Source: Camelus ferus
Lineage: Eukaryota
DNA: 64,000 nt
Direction: 5' to 3'
Assembly: GCF_009834535.1 (NCBI RefSeq)
Contig: NC_045696.1
Span: 95,668,001-95,732,000, forward strand
A program made the translations under genes and the position numbers. The notes under the pieces are model-generated. The model worked only from the letters and a program-made list of their open reading frames with translations, did not search any database and was not told the DNA's origin. Positions within the stretch are counted from its first letter, which is position 1, and every line of letters begins with the position of its first letter. Shown piece after piece: positions 26,138 through 39,090 of the stretch.

Positions 26138-27046
26138 GGAGAGGAGTTAAGCCTTCAGTGTGAACTGAGGCCTCAGCTCATCCAGGAAATGGGTTGAAAA
26201 TGGTGGGGTGGGGGTGGGATCTGGGTAAATTTCAGTTTTTATGTAAGAATACGTAGTTACAAAATGGAAGGCAGTGTGTTTGCAAATAGATGTAGATACA
26301 TTGGTAGACAAGGCAGTGGGGAATGTTGGAAAGTTGTGTCAGCTCCTGTTTAATTAGAGAAAACAGACGGTCAGTAGATAGTGAGAGGTGTACGTCAGAG
26401 GTCTGAGGAAAAAGGAGAAGGTGTGGACTAGGGGTTTATATACAAAGGAATGCCAATGGAATAAGGAAAGGTGGTTTTACAGTTTTAAGGTTTTACTTGG
26501 TGTTAGTTGTCAAAAGTCTGCAGACGTGTTTTTCTCCAGGGTTACTTGGCTGTGAGTGTGTAGATAGAGAGCTGGATTTAACAATGATGAAGGTTGTTTG
26601 AGGTTAAGTGTGAGAATGGGTGGCAGGTAATTTAGAGTTCCTACAAGAAAATTACTAAAATGATAGATCATGGAATCTAAACTGGGAGAGCAAAGAAGTA
26701 AAGGCAGGAAGTAGGAGAGAAAGGAAAAATAAGCAATAAATTTAATAGAGTCGCATGGTGCAAATATTCCTGTAAATTTGGTGAACTGTTGAGTGGGGAT
26801 ATCAAGAAGGAATAATCTGAAAGTCAGGAGAGAGTGGTCAGAGAGAGGAATAGCGGAAATTGAGTTTTAAAAGAAAAAGCAATTATTGGTAATGACAAAA
26901 TCTAGAGTATAGCTGAGACTTTGTAGGACAAGAAACCTGAGTTGAAATAGTGTTGGAAGGATCATCTAGGTGGATATTGCAGTCTCAGTTCTGACTGGGC
27001 TGTGTAAATAGAAGTGCTATTAACCCACAAGCTGATATCTGAAAGG

Positions 27047-27935
27047 ATTTTTTAAATTGGTTTTTTAGTAGCATGTTGTTTAGTCTCCAAGTGTTTGTGG
27101 TTTTCTCATTTTTTCCCCCCTGTAGTTGACTTCTGGCTTTATACCTTTGTGGTCAAAAAAAGTGCTTGATGTAATTTCTAGCCTCTTTAATTTGTTGAGG
27201 CTTATTTTGTGACCTAGCATGAGATCTATCCTGGAGACCATTCCACATACACTTGAAAAAAATGTGTATTCTGCTGTTTTAGTATGAAATGTCCTGCAGA
27301 TATTTATTAAGTCCAAAGGCCTAATGTGTTAAGACCACTGTTTCCTTATTGATTTTGTCTCTGGATTATCTACTGATGTAAGTTGGATATTAAAGTCCCC
27401 TACCATTATTGTGTTATTGTCAGTTTCTCCCTGTATGTCTGTTAGTATTTATTTTGTGTTCTTGTATGGAGTGCATATATGTTAATGAATGTTAACATAT
27501 TAAGCCCTTATAATTATATAGTTCTTTGTCTTTTGTTATAGACTTTCTTTTAAAGTCTGCTTTGTCTGATGTGAGTATTGCTATCCCAGCTTTCTTTTTG
27601 TCTTCATTTGCATGAAATATCTTTTTCCATCCCCTCACTTTTAGTCTATATGTGTCCTTAGCCCTGAAGTGAGTCTCCTGTAAGCAGTATATAGATGGGT
27701 GTTAGATTTTTTTAATCCCATCAGCCACCGTATGTCTTTTGAATGGAGTATTTGGTCCATTGACATTTAAAGTGACTACTGATAGGTATGTACTTACTGC
27801 CATTTTGTTACTTGTTCTCAGGTTCTTTCTGTAGTTCTTTTTTCTTCTTTTTTTAGTTTCTTCCTTTGTGGTTGGATGATTTTCTTTAGTGGTATGCTTG
27901 TGTTCCTTTCTCTCTAGTTTTTGTGTATCTGTATA
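27047..27935 (-). mobile_element. Older L1: ORF2 endonuclease part (host of the nested L1)
   Basis: ORF MDLINICRTFHTKTAEYTFFSSVCGMVSRIDLMLGHK is L1 EN-like. The element continues on the far side of the nested L1. Confidence 0.9.
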
Positions 27936-28283
27936 GTTTTTTTTTTTTTTAACATTTTTTATTGATTTATAATCACTTTACAATGTTGTGTCAAATTCCA
28001 GTGTAGAGCACAATTTTTCAGTTATACATGAACATACATATATATTCATTGTCATATTTTTTCTCTGTGAGCTACCATAGTATCTTGTATATATTTCCCT
28101 GTGCTATACAGTATAATATTGTTTATCTATTCTGCAATTTTGAAATCCCGTCTATCCCTTCCCACCCTCCACCCTCTTGGCAACCACAATTTTGTATTCT
28201 ATGTCTATGAGTCTGTTTCTGTTTTGTATTTATGATTTGTTTGTTTGGGGTTTTTTTGTGTTTTTTTTGTTTTTGTTTTTTTT

Positions 28284-31200
28284 TTAGATTCCACATATGA
28301 GTGATCTCATATGGTATTTTTCTTTCTCTTTCTGGCTTACTTCACTTAGAATGACATTCTCCAGGAGCATCCATGTTGCTGCAAATGGCGTTATGTTGTC
28401 AGTTTTTACAGCTGAGTAGTATTCCATTGTATAAATATACCACTTCTTCTTTATCCAGTCATCTGTTGATGGACATTTAGGCTGTCTCCATGTCTTGGCT
28501 ATTGTAAATAGTGCTGCTGTGAACATTGGGGTACAGGTGTCATCCTGAAGTAGAGTTCCTTCTGGATATGTGCCCAGGAGCGGGATTCCTGGGTCATACA
28601 GTAACTCTACTCCTACTCTTTTGAGGAATCTTCGTGCTGTTTTCCACAGTGCCTGCACCAAACTGCATTCCCCTTTCTCCACAGCCTCTCCAGCATTTAT
28701 CATTTGTGGATTTTTGAATGATGGCCATTCTGACTGGTGTGAGGTGATAACCTCATTGTAGTTTTGATTTGCATTTCTCTGATAATTAGTGATATTGAGC
28801 ATTTTTTCATGTGCCTATTGGTCATTTGTATGTCTTCCTTGGAGAATTCCTTGTTTAGGTCTTCTGCCCATTTTTGGATTGGGTTGTTTGGTTGTTTCTT
28901 ATTAACTCATATGAGCTACTTATATATTCTGGAAATCAAACCTTTGTCGGTTTCATTTGCAAAAATTTTTTCCCATTTCGTAGGTTGTCTTTTTGTTTTG
29001 CTTATGGTTTCCTTTGCTGTGCAGAAACTTGTAAGTTTCATTAGGTCCCATTTGTTTATTCTTGCTTTTATTTCTATTGCTGGAATAGACTGTTTTAGGA
29101 GAACATTTTTGAGATGTATGTCAGATAATGTTTTGCCTATATTTTCTTCTAGGAGGTTTATTGTATCTTGTCTTATGTTTAAGTCTTTATTGTATCTTGT
29201 CTTATGTTTAAGTCTTTGATCCATTTTGAGTTTATTTTTGTGTATGGTGTAAGGCAGTGTTCTAGCTTCATTGATTTACATACTGCTGCCCAGTTTCCCC
29301 AACACCATTTGCTGAAGAGACTGTCTTTATTCCATTGTATATTCTTGCCTCCTTTGTTGAAGGTGAGTTGACCAAAAGTTTGTGGGTTCATTTCTGGGCT
29401 CTCTATTCTGTTCCATTGGTCTATATGTCTGTTTTTGTACCAATACCATGCTGTCTTGATGACTGTAGCTCTGTAGTATTGTCTGAAGTCTGGGAGAGTT
29501 ATTCCTCCAGCCTCTTTCTTTCTCTTCAGTAATGCTTTGGCAATTCTAGGTCTTTGATGGTTCCATATAAATTTTATTGTGATTTGTTCTAGTTCTGTGA
29601 AATATGTCCTGGGTAATTTGATAGGGATTGCATTAAATCTGTAGATTGCCTTGGGCAGTGTGACCATTTTAACAATATTGATTCTTCCAATCCAAGAGCA
29701 TAGGATATCTTTCCATTTTTTTTAAGTCTTCTCTAATTTCCTTCACCAATGGTTTATAGTTTTCTGTGTATAATTCTTTCACCTCCTTGGGTAGATTTAT
29801 TCCTAGGTATTTTATTTCTTTGGGTGCTATTTTAAAGGGAATTGTTTCTTTACTTTCTTTTTCTGTTGATTCATCATTAGTGTAAAGAAATGCAACTGAT
29901 TTTTGAACGTTAATCTTGTAACCGCCTACCTTGCTGAATTCTTTGATCAGCTCTAGTAGTTTTTGTGTGGACCTTTTAGGGTTTTCTATATGTAGAACAT
30001 GTTGTCGGCATATAGTGACACTTTTACCTCTTCTTTTCCAATTTGGATCCCTTTTATTTCTCTCTCTTGCCTGATTGCTGTGGCTAAGACTTCCAAGACT
30101 ATGTTGAATAGGAGTGGTGATAGTGGGCATCCTTGTCTTGTCCCTGATTTTAGTGGGAAGCTTTTGAGTTTTTCACTATTGAGTACTATGCTGGCTGTAG
30201 GTTTGTCATATATAGCTTTTATAATGTTGACATACGTCCCCTCTATACCCACTTTGTTGTGAGTTTTTATCATAAATGGGTGTTGAATTTTATCAAATGC
30301 TTTTTCTGCATCGATTGAGATGATCATATGGTTTTTGTCCTTTCTCTTGTTGATGTGATGTATTACATTGATTGATTTGCATATGTTGAACCACCCTTGT
30401 ATCCCTGGGATGAACCCCACTTGGTCATGATGTATAATCTTTTTTATGTGTTGTTGGATTCTATTTGCTAAAATTTTGGTGAGGATTTTGGCGTCTATGT
30501 TCATCAGTGATATTGGCCTATAATTCTCTTTTTTGGTAGTGTCTTTGCCTGGTTTTGGTATCAGGGTGATGGTGGCTTCATAGAATAAGTTTCGGAGTAT
30601 TCCCTCCTTTTCAATCTACTAGAAGAGTTTGGTAGAATTTGTATGTTTAGTAGAATTCCCCAGTGAAGCCGTCCGGTCCTGGACTTTTATTTGTAGGGAG
30701 GTTTTTTTATTGCTATTTCGATTTCATTTCTAGTGATCGGTTTGTTTAAGTGGTCAGTTTCTTCTTCATTCAGTCTTGGTGGACTGTATGTTTCCAGAAA
30801 CTTGTCCATCTCCTCTAGGTTACCCAGTTTGGTTACATATAGTTTTTCATAATATTCTCATATGATATTCTGTATTTCTATTTTATTTGTTGTAATTTCT
30901 CCACTTTCCTTTATTATTTTGCTTATTTGTGCTCTCTTCTTTTTCTTCTTTGTGAGTTTGGCCAGAGGTTTGTCAATTTTATTTACTTTTTCAAAAAAAC
31001 AGCTTTTGGTTTGATTGATTTTTTCTATTGTTGTTTAAATCTCTATTTTATTTATTTCCTTCCTGATCTTGATAACTTCCTTCCTTCTGCTGCCTTTTGG
31101 GGTTTTTTGTTCTTCTTTTTCTAGTTCTCTCATCTTGTGGGTTAAATTGTTTATTTGAGATTGTTCTTCTTTTTTGAGGAAGGCCTGTATTGTTATAAGC

Positions 31201-32086
31201 TTCCCTTTTAGCACTGCCTTTGTTGTGTCCCACAAATTTTGTGTGGTTGTGCTTTCATTTTCATTTGTCTCAAGGTATTTTTTAATTTCAGCTTTGATTT
31301 CCTTATTGACCCACTGGTGTTTTAATAGCATGTTGTTTAATCTCCATGCTTTCCTTTTTTTCTCCTTTGTTTCTCTGTTGTTGGTTTCTAGTTTCATGGC
31401 ATTGTGGTCAGTAAGGATGCTTGAGATAATTTCTATCTTCTTAAAATTGTTGGTTTCTTTTGTGCCCAAGTACATGATCAATCTTAGAAAATGTTCCACA
31501 TGCACTTGAAAAGAATGTATATCTTATTTTGGGGGGGGTGTAAGGCTCTGAAAATATCCACCATATCTAATTTTTCTATTGTATTATTTAATTTCTCTGT
31601 TGCCTTATTTATTTTCTGTCTGAAAGATCTGTCTAGTGATGTTAATGCGGTGTTAAAATCTCCAACTATGATTGTATTCCCATCAATATCCCCCTTCACC
31701 TCTGTTAGTAATTGTTTTATGTATTTAGGTGCTCCTATATTGGATGCATATATATTAATGAGTGTAATATCCTCATCTTGTATCACTCCTTTAATCATAA
31801 AATGTCCTTCTTTATCTTTCTTTATGGCCTTTGTTTTAAAGTCTATTTTATCTGAAATCAGTACTGCAACACCTGCTTTTTTGGCTTTTCCATTTGCGTG
31901 GAATATCCTTTTCCATCATTTCACTCTCAATCTATATGTGTCCTTCTCCCTAAAGTGGGTCTCTTGTATGCAGCATATTGAAGGTTCTTGCTTTATTATC
32001 CATTCTGCCACTTTATGTCTTTTGACTGGAGCATTTAGTCCATTAACATTTCCAGTAATTAATGATAGATGTGTGTTTATTGCCAT
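28284..32086 (-). pseudogene. L1 ORF2p (EN-RT-Cys domain), frameshifted
   Basis: Fragments [44 protein letters not shown] (YADD mutated) and WYIYTMEYYSA. Confidence 0.93.
29157..29214. repeat. Perfect 29-bp tandem duplication inside L1 ORF2
   Basis: (tttattgtatcttgtcttatgtttaagtc) x2. Confidence 0.95.
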
Positions 32087-32419
32087 TTTGAACTTACCTT
32101 TGTAGTTGAATTGGTATTTTCTCTTTGTTCCTTTCTTCTCCCTTTTGTGGTTTGGTAATTTTCCTTTGTATTATCTTGGACTTTATTTAGTTTTTGTGAC
32201 TCCCTTGTAAGTTTTTGGCTTGTGGTTACCCTTTTCTGTAAGTGTATTATTAGCCCATTACTATATCTCAAACCCATCCTACCAAAACCAAAAAATTTTA
32301 AAAAGAAAGAAAAAAAAAAACCCCTCTGTTTTCTTGCTTCACCCTCCCACTCTTAATGATTTCAATGTCTTCTTTCACAATTTCATGTTTATTTTATTTG
32401 TAATTCATGAGTTATCACC

Positions 32420-33362
32420 TTTCCAGTTATGAGTTTCTCATTTCTGTAGCATCCTGCTGCTTTTCTATTTAGAGTAGACCTGTCAATATTTCTTTTAACA
32501 TGGGTTTAGTGTTGCTAAACTCTTTCAGTTTTTGCTTGTCTGTGAAATTCTTTATCTCTTCTTCTATCCTGAAGGATAGCCTTGCTGGATAAAGTATCCT
32601 AGGCTGCATCTTTTTTTCATTCAGGACTTTGAATATAGTTTGCAGACTCTCTTCTGGCCTGTAGTGTTTGTGTAGAGAAATCTGCTGAGAGCCTTATGGG
32701 GGTTCCCTTGTAACTCACTCTGCTTTTCTCTTGCTGCCTTTAGGATCATTTCTTTATCCTTGACTCTGGCCATCTTGATTATGATATGTCTTGGTGTGGG
32801 TCTGTTTGGGTTCTTCCTGTTTGGGACCCTTTGAACTTCCTGTACTTGGATATCTGATTCCTTCTTTAAGTTTGGGAAGTTTTCAGTCATGATTTCTTCA
32901 AAAACCTTTTCAATCCCCTTTGATCTTTCTTCCCCTTCTGGAACCACTATTATGCGAAGATTGGCACGCTTTATATTATCCCATAGGTCCCTTATATTGC
33001 TTTCATTTGTTTTTATTGTTTTATCTTGCAGTTGTTCTGATTGGGTGCTTTCTGTTTGTCTTGTTTTCTAGGTCACTAATTCATTCCTCTGCATTATCTC
33101 GTCTGCTTTGCACAGCCTTTAGATCCGTTCTCATCTCAGCCAATGAGTTTAACAGTTCTACTTGGCTCTTCTTTATAGCTTTGATTTAATTTTTGGCATA
33201 TTTTATATCTCTAAACACTATCTCTTTTAGTTCCTTCAATACTTTGATCACTCCTTTTTTGAAATATTTATCTAGTAGGCTATCAAAGTCTATTTCATTG
33301 ATCGTTCTTTCAGGGGATTTCTCTTGCTCTTTTAATTGGGAATGGTTTCTCTGCTTCTTCAT
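32420..33362 (-). pseudogene. L1 ORF1p, disrupted (3' boundary approximate)
   Basis: MKKQRNHSQLKEQEKSPE... and VPEGEERSKGIEKVFEEIMTENFPNL...PTPRHIIIKM, with in-frame stops. Confidence 0.88.
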
Positions 33363-33630
33363 CTTGCTCGTATCTCTCTGGCACTGTGGCTTACGGAGTA
33401 TCAGTTATCTATTGTGGTCCTTAAAGGAGTTTATTTATTCATCTATCTAATACCTATGTAGGAATAAAACAGATTTTTGGCATCTTTGTCTTTTGAAGAG
33501 GACAGTGTTCTGTCGGAGTTCCGGAGGTGCTCTGGTTGGCTGAGTGGATCTGTGGATGTGAGTCTTGGTGTATCTGTGGGAGAGGATGAGTTATGAGCAT
33601 CCTACTACTCCGCCATCTTGGCCTCATCTC

Positions 33631-34410
33631 CTGTTACAGGTTTTTGATTGGTGGTTTCCATGAGGTTCATATATGTTGACTTACAACTGTATCTACTTGT
33701 TTTAAACTGATAGTCATTTAAATTCATACACAGTCTAAGAGATCTACATTTTTCTCCCCTCCCCCACATTCTGTGGTTTTGATCTCATATTTTAATTTTC
33801 ATATTTATCCCTTAACTGTTTATTGTACTTATAGTTGATTTTATAATTTTTGTCTTTTAATCTTTGTACTAACTTTTTTAAGTGATTGATCCCAGCCTTT
33901 ACTGTATTTGCCTTCATTAGTCGGATTTTTTCTTTCCTATAAATTCTTACTTCTTCTTTGAGCCCTTTCTATTTAGAGAAGACCCCTTTAACACTTCCTT
34001 TAGGGTCTGTTTAATATTGATGAACTCTTTTACCTTTTGCTTGTTTGAGAAGTTTTTTTTTTTTAATCTCTGCTTCAATTCTGAATGATAATCTTGCTGG
34101 GTGGAGTATCTCAGCAAGATTACCATTCAGAATTGGATACAGGATTTAGGTTTTCTTCTTTAATATATTTAAATATATCATACCACTCTCTTCTTGCCTG
34201 CAGTGTCTGGAGAAAAATCAGCTGATAGCCTTATGGAGCTTCCCTTGTATGTGACTCTTTGATTTTCTCTTGACTTTAGAATCTCTCTTTATATTTAACT
34301 TATACCATTTTAATTATGATATATCTTGATGTGGGTCTCTTTGGGTTCATATTTTATGAGACTCTGTATTTCCTGTACCTGGATATCTGTTTTCTTCTTT
34401 AGGTTTGCGA
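33631..34410 (-). mobile_element. Older L1 continuation (inter-ORF region and ORF1 3' part)
   Basis: Resumes at tttttgattggtggtttccatgagg. Translation NLKKKTDIQVQEIQS is ORF1-like. Confidence 0.85.
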
Positions 34411-34455
34411 GAAACCAAGATATTGAATACAAGACATTGAATCCAGTGTCTTGTA

Positions 34456-34525
34456 TATACACACATATGCACACACATATACATACATACATACACACAC
34501 ACACACGCGTGTGTGCACACACATA
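34456..34525. repeat. (CA)/(TACA) compound microsatellite
   Basis: Read directly from the sequence. Confidence 0.9.
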
Positions 34526-34765
34526 CTGATCCTATACTGATAAGAAGCAAAAGGAAGCCCCAGGAATCTAACTCTGTAGCAGCTCTAAAGAGCAAGTCCG
34601 TATTTCAGTAGGAAGACAGGGAACTCCAGGGAATATGTCTCCAGGAAGGAAAATTGGAAGAGGTTTGTTAGCAGATTCGTTTGACATTTGGAAAACAGAA
34701 TTCAAAGGTACTTTACATCTCTGCTGAAGGGCTTGGGAATAATTAATGTTAGGGGCATAGAAAAT

Positions 34766-34798
34766 CAACAACAACAACAACAACAACAATAACAACAA
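34766..34798. repeat. (AAC)n microsatellite
   Basis: Read directly from the sequence. Confidence 0.9.
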
Positions 34799-34884
34799 AG
34801 GAAAAATAGATAATGATAAGCTATGACATGTTTTTAGCCATAACTTTATCTAATAGATTTTTGACTCTTTTCTTTCTCTTCTAA

Positions 34885-35350
34885 CTCAGGTCAGGTCCCA
34901 AGGTGCTGGGACAGAAGCTCTGAGGGTCAGGTCCAAGCTGGTGCCATTCCCTCTAAGTGTGAGCTCTCCCCTCTCAGCAGGGTCACCTTCACCCCAGAGG
35001 GAAGCACTGCTGGAGCAAGAGGGATTAGAGTGGGTGTCGGGGTGCATGCTGGGATGGTCCTGGCATGGCAGTCAGAGATCTAGATAGCTCCCAATCCATT
35101 GCCTCCATGAGCACCAGCAGTGGGATCCCTCACATTATTCAGATGCAGTGCTGGGTTTGAGACAGCTCTGTCCCCTACAGTTGCACACTCTTCTCAGCAC
35201 AGCAACCTTTGCCCTACTGGGGAGATAGAATGGAGCTAGAGGGACTCAGCCAGCACATGGCACAAGCTGGGCACACACTTGGCAATCAACAGAAACCAGT
35301 TACAGCCCCAGGAAGTTTCAGTCTGCTTCTCACTCTTTGTTACCAGGAGT
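34885..35350 (-). mobile_element. Probable degraded L1 5'UTR of the older L1
   Basis: A GC-richer, CpG-depleted block at the expected position 5' of the old ORF1. Identification is tentative. Confidence 0.4.
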
Positions 35351-36332
35351 AAGTAAGCAAACAAAATCAATCTTGTGACAGAGAAAGAGAACCGTATCAG
35401 CCACTTCAGTTGATAATTACAGATAAGTGTTACAGGGAACAGTCATATTGCCAAAGACCCCTTCAGTAGATTTGACACTTGGCCTGAATTCTGAAGAACA
35501 GATAAAACTTCTCGTTTCTAAAAAGTTGCTGAGTGATGTTGATTCTCCTGGTCCAAGAATCACATAACTATTTATTTCAAAAATTCTTAGAATTTAGTGT
35601 GAATAAGAATTCAGAGGGTTCTTTTAAAGAACAAATTGTGGGGTATCATCATCTAGAACTTTCATTCCCCTTCTGTTATTTCAAAACTTTTTATCTTCCA
35701 TAAACTTGTAGAGCTTTATTTTCATTTCTGTTATCTTTTTCTTGTGAATTTACGTGATGCAATTCCTTATTCTCATTTAAGTGATGTTTCTTGAGGAGGC
35801 ATATTTGTTCAATGCTCTGTTTAAGTAGAAAGTAACAGATACTTAGGAAAGGTTTATCACCTCATCCAACTCCTATATTGAATAAAAGCAGTTTATTAAA
35901 TTTACTTTTAGGATAAATTTAGCATTTATTTTCACCCTTCTACTTTCTAGTCATGAATAAATACAAAATTTCAAATCAAAAATATATTCTCATTCATTGC
36001 ATGTAGAATTTTGATTTAACATTGTATTTGGTCTATACTCTGAAGAAATCATTCCATTTCAGAAAGCTAAAACTGAATATTATAAAGTCCACATCAAACT
36101 TTCAGAATATAAAGAGTAATACAAGTTTCTTTATTATAATTGATTATTCTTATAAAATAGTTGAATAAAATTCATTTAAAAATTCTGCAGACACACATGA
36201 GAAACCAAAGGATACACACGTTATTTAATAAACTTAAATCTCTGTGGTTATATAATTATTCAATATAGGAAATTAATTTATAAGAGCTAATAAGAAATAG
36301 ATTGAATGATAAAATGAAGTTTATGATGCACC

Positions 36333-36807
36333 TGTTGACTGAAAAAAAAAAAAGTAAAACCTTAAAGTTGAGAATCATGTTTTATTAGGTGGACTGGCTG
36401 AGAACTTATGCCCAGGAGGCAGCCTCTCAGATTGTTCTGAGGAACTGCTCCAAAGAGGTGAAGGAGGAGCCAGGATAAAAAAGGAGTTTTTACAACAAAA
36501 ACCAGGTAGTCGGCACGTCAAAAGATTACTGTTAAAGAAAACCAGACATTTCAGGTTAATGAACTTAGCCGTTTTCTGTTTTTGGGAAGATGCAAGAGTC
36601 TGGGCTCATTGAAATCATTCCTTTGATATGCACCTTAACTATCTAGGGCCAGTATCTCATTTTTTCTCCATCTTGAATTTGAATCCCCTCAGGGTGCCTT
36701 TTGCAGGAGGTAGGGGTGGGGGTTAGCTACCAGGGGTGGGGGTTAACTACCAGTGGCTGATAACATCCTTTGTTTACTGATATGGCAGATGACATTCTTC
36801 ATTCATA
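36333..36807 (-). mobile_element. Solo ERV1 LTR, older relative of the LTRs at 50.7, 53.7 and 60.4 kb
   Basis: Shares tgttgactgaaa..., aaagttgaga, accaggtagt, gggctcattgaa and ctttgtttactgatatgg with those LTRs. Confidence 0.88.
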
Positions 36808-37356
36808 TATGGGAGCAGAGTTTGCCACCCTAAAATACGTCTCTTTGACTTACTGTTTTAAGCTTTTTTTTTTTTCTTTTCCCTGAGAAACAGTAGATAT
36901 GAGAATGGCTCTAAAAAACCAAGTAGGAGTTTCCATTTTGTAAGAAATATTTACATTTGTAAGGGAAATCTCCATTTGTAAGTGTATCTCCCTTTCTGTA
37001 CCTGGAAGAGGAAGATGACAGAATCTTTAGAAGCTCTTATCAATGGAGAAGGCAAGGAGTTAAATCTGCATCACAGTCACCATTGTTTAGTTTGCCTCTC
37101 CTGGTAAACTCCTATAACTGACTCTCCCCCCCGCCCCCAACATCCTCTTTTGTCTTTATCTGAGGATGGTATTTAAGGTGAGGATTTTGGCCATTTTGGT
37201 GAGTTACTCAGTTCTTCTGAGTGTTTCCCACGAATACATGTTATTAAACTTTTGTTTGTTTGTTTTTTTTACTGTTAATCTGTCTCATGTCAATGTAATT
37301 CTTAGACCAGCCAGAAGAACCTGGAAGGGTAGAGGAAACTTTCTTCTTCTCTAACA
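36808..37356 (+). mobile_element. MER34-like solo LTR
   Basis: Starts gggagcagagtttgccaccctaaaatacgtctcttt and ends gtagaggaaactttcttcttctctaaca. Confidence 0.75.
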
Positions 37357-37541
37357 TATGAATCATGAAAATGGCAAAATTATAACTTTACAATTTGATA
37401 CTATACTTTGGCTTTAAACACCATAGGAATCAAGGTACAATGAGATAACTGAAATAATGCAGAAAAATAGAAATACAATGGTTTATTTAGCACTCCACTT
37501 CCAGAATAGGTCACATAAAAAATAGATTAAAAAATTACTCT

Positions 37542-37739
37542 TCCTATATATAAAACAGTTAAACAACACATTTGTATTGTGGAGCACAGGAAACTATTAT
37601 ATTCAATATCTTATAGTAACCAGTAATGAAAAAGAATATGAAAATGAATATATGTATGTATATACATGCCTGAAACATTATGCCTTACACCAGAAATTGA
37701 CACAACATTGTGAACTGACTAGACTTCAATTAAAAAAAA
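37542..37739 (+). mobile_element. Short 5'-truncated L1 3' end with TSD
   Basis: acaccagaaattgacacaacattgtgaactgactagacttcaattaaaaaaaa; TSD AAAAAATTACTCT at 37529-37541 and 37734-37746. Confidence 0.85.
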
Positions 37740-38589
37740 TTACTCTGATCAGTTAATAAATTGAATGAATGGACACAGGAAAACAGCTTGATGGTAATAA
37801 AGCAAAATAATTCTCATTCATAAAAATTATTGCTAAACATTATTCATGTTCTAGCAAGAAGAGTTTCTTTTAGTATAACCTTAATAGAATTCTAAATGCT
37901 ACAGAGTTTCTGAGAAATTTGGAAACAAGAGCAAATATAGAATATAAAAATTATTAATATCACGTTGCAGTGCATGGCTTGTTCAGTGACATCACGTGGT
38001 ATGTTCAGTGTGGTGTTCTTCATTAGTAATACATAGTTCAAGGTGCTGTGCAGAATTATAGTGAACACAATGCATTCACAGGGCATTTCTCTAAGCCAGG
38101 CACATGCATCTGTTATGTGCTGCCCCATTTGATGTTTTTCCCATTATCACTGAATAAAACTTTATTTTTAGCATATTCTAGAGGGAAAAAATGTAGTTTC
38201 ATTCCATTTAAGTCAATTAAACATTACCTATGTTTCCAGACTGTATGGCCAATCTGTGCGTTCTCTTTCCACAATACAATAAAATTAGAACAACCACATT
38301 TTATGAAAAAATGGAAAAAAGCATTGGCTCTGGAGTTTGTAAATCTGGGACTAAGTCTTCATTGCGCTAAAGTGGATTTTTCCATCTCTAATAGCCTAAG
38401 ATTCTTCACCTATAAAATAACATTGCTAGAGGGTCAAATCAGATGTTGAATACATGTGAAATACTTTTAGACCATAGGATACTAAAATATTGTTCTCATT
38501 ACTGAAATCTAATGTAGCAACTTACCAAATGATGCTTTTATTAATGATAAAAAGTAAAGCATATTAAAAGATTTCTTATAATCACAAAT

Positions 38590-39090
38590 ATAAATCTATC
38601 AAGGAAAAAAAAATCAGAACAAAGGTTACTTCGGTGACCATGGGGCTGGGATTCACTGGATAAGCAGTATGAGGAAACTTTGTGGGTGTGGGAGTGACAG
38701 AAATATTCTGTATCTTGTTAGGAATAGGATTCACCCAGGTATATTTGTCACAACTCAATAGATGATATATTTAAGATTTGTGCATTTCATTGTATATAAA
38801 TTTGCCTCAAAGCAAAAACAAAAATTAACTATTGTGCTCTGGTTAGTGAAATGCATGCTAAAATATTTAGGGATGGAATGTACTGACATCTGCAACTTTG
38901 AAATTCATCAAAAATAATTCGGATTGATGGAGTTGATAGAGAATGGGTAGATGAAGAGGGAGCTAGTGAAGCAGGTGTAATGAGATATTTGTTGTCAAAT
39001 CTAGGGGTGGGTATGTAAGTGTGCACTGTAAAATTCTTTCAGCTTTTCTGTACACGTGAAAAATTTTATATTAAATGTTGGGGGAAAAGA
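38590..39090 (+). mobile_element. L1MC-like 3' end
   Basis: ttaagatttgtgcatttcattgtatataaatttgcctcaa ... cactgtaaaattctttcagcttttctgt. Confidence 0.75.

Larger units (their letters stand above)
23600..27045 (-). mobile_element. Long degraded L2, interrupted by an L1 3' end and the ARHGAP8 retrocopy
   Basis: Purine-rich antisense L2 motifs: cattccatttagcaatgtggcgtcattggtgac, gaatggagaggaattagag, agagtggtcagagagaggaatagcggaaattgag. Confidence 0.65.
27936..33630 (-). mobile_element. Young lineage-specific L1 with both ends present; ORF1/ORF2 disrupted; very short 5'UTR
   Basis: Poly(A) appears as a T-run at 27937-27950. 5' end reads GAGATGAGGCCAAGATGGCGG (YY1 motif). ORF1 ATG at 33362, ORF2 ATG at 32086. 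Imperfect TSD ctgtatagttttt / ctgttacaggttttt. Confidence 0.95.

Noticed and set aside
24055..27935. Twin-primed (5'-inverted) single L1 joining the + 3' end and the - ORF2 piece
   Set aside because: The pieces are separated by older L2 sequence and their geometry does not fit twin priming.
28570..33450. Plus-strand ORFs up to 204 aa
   Set aside because: Antisense frames of L1 ORF1/ORF2.
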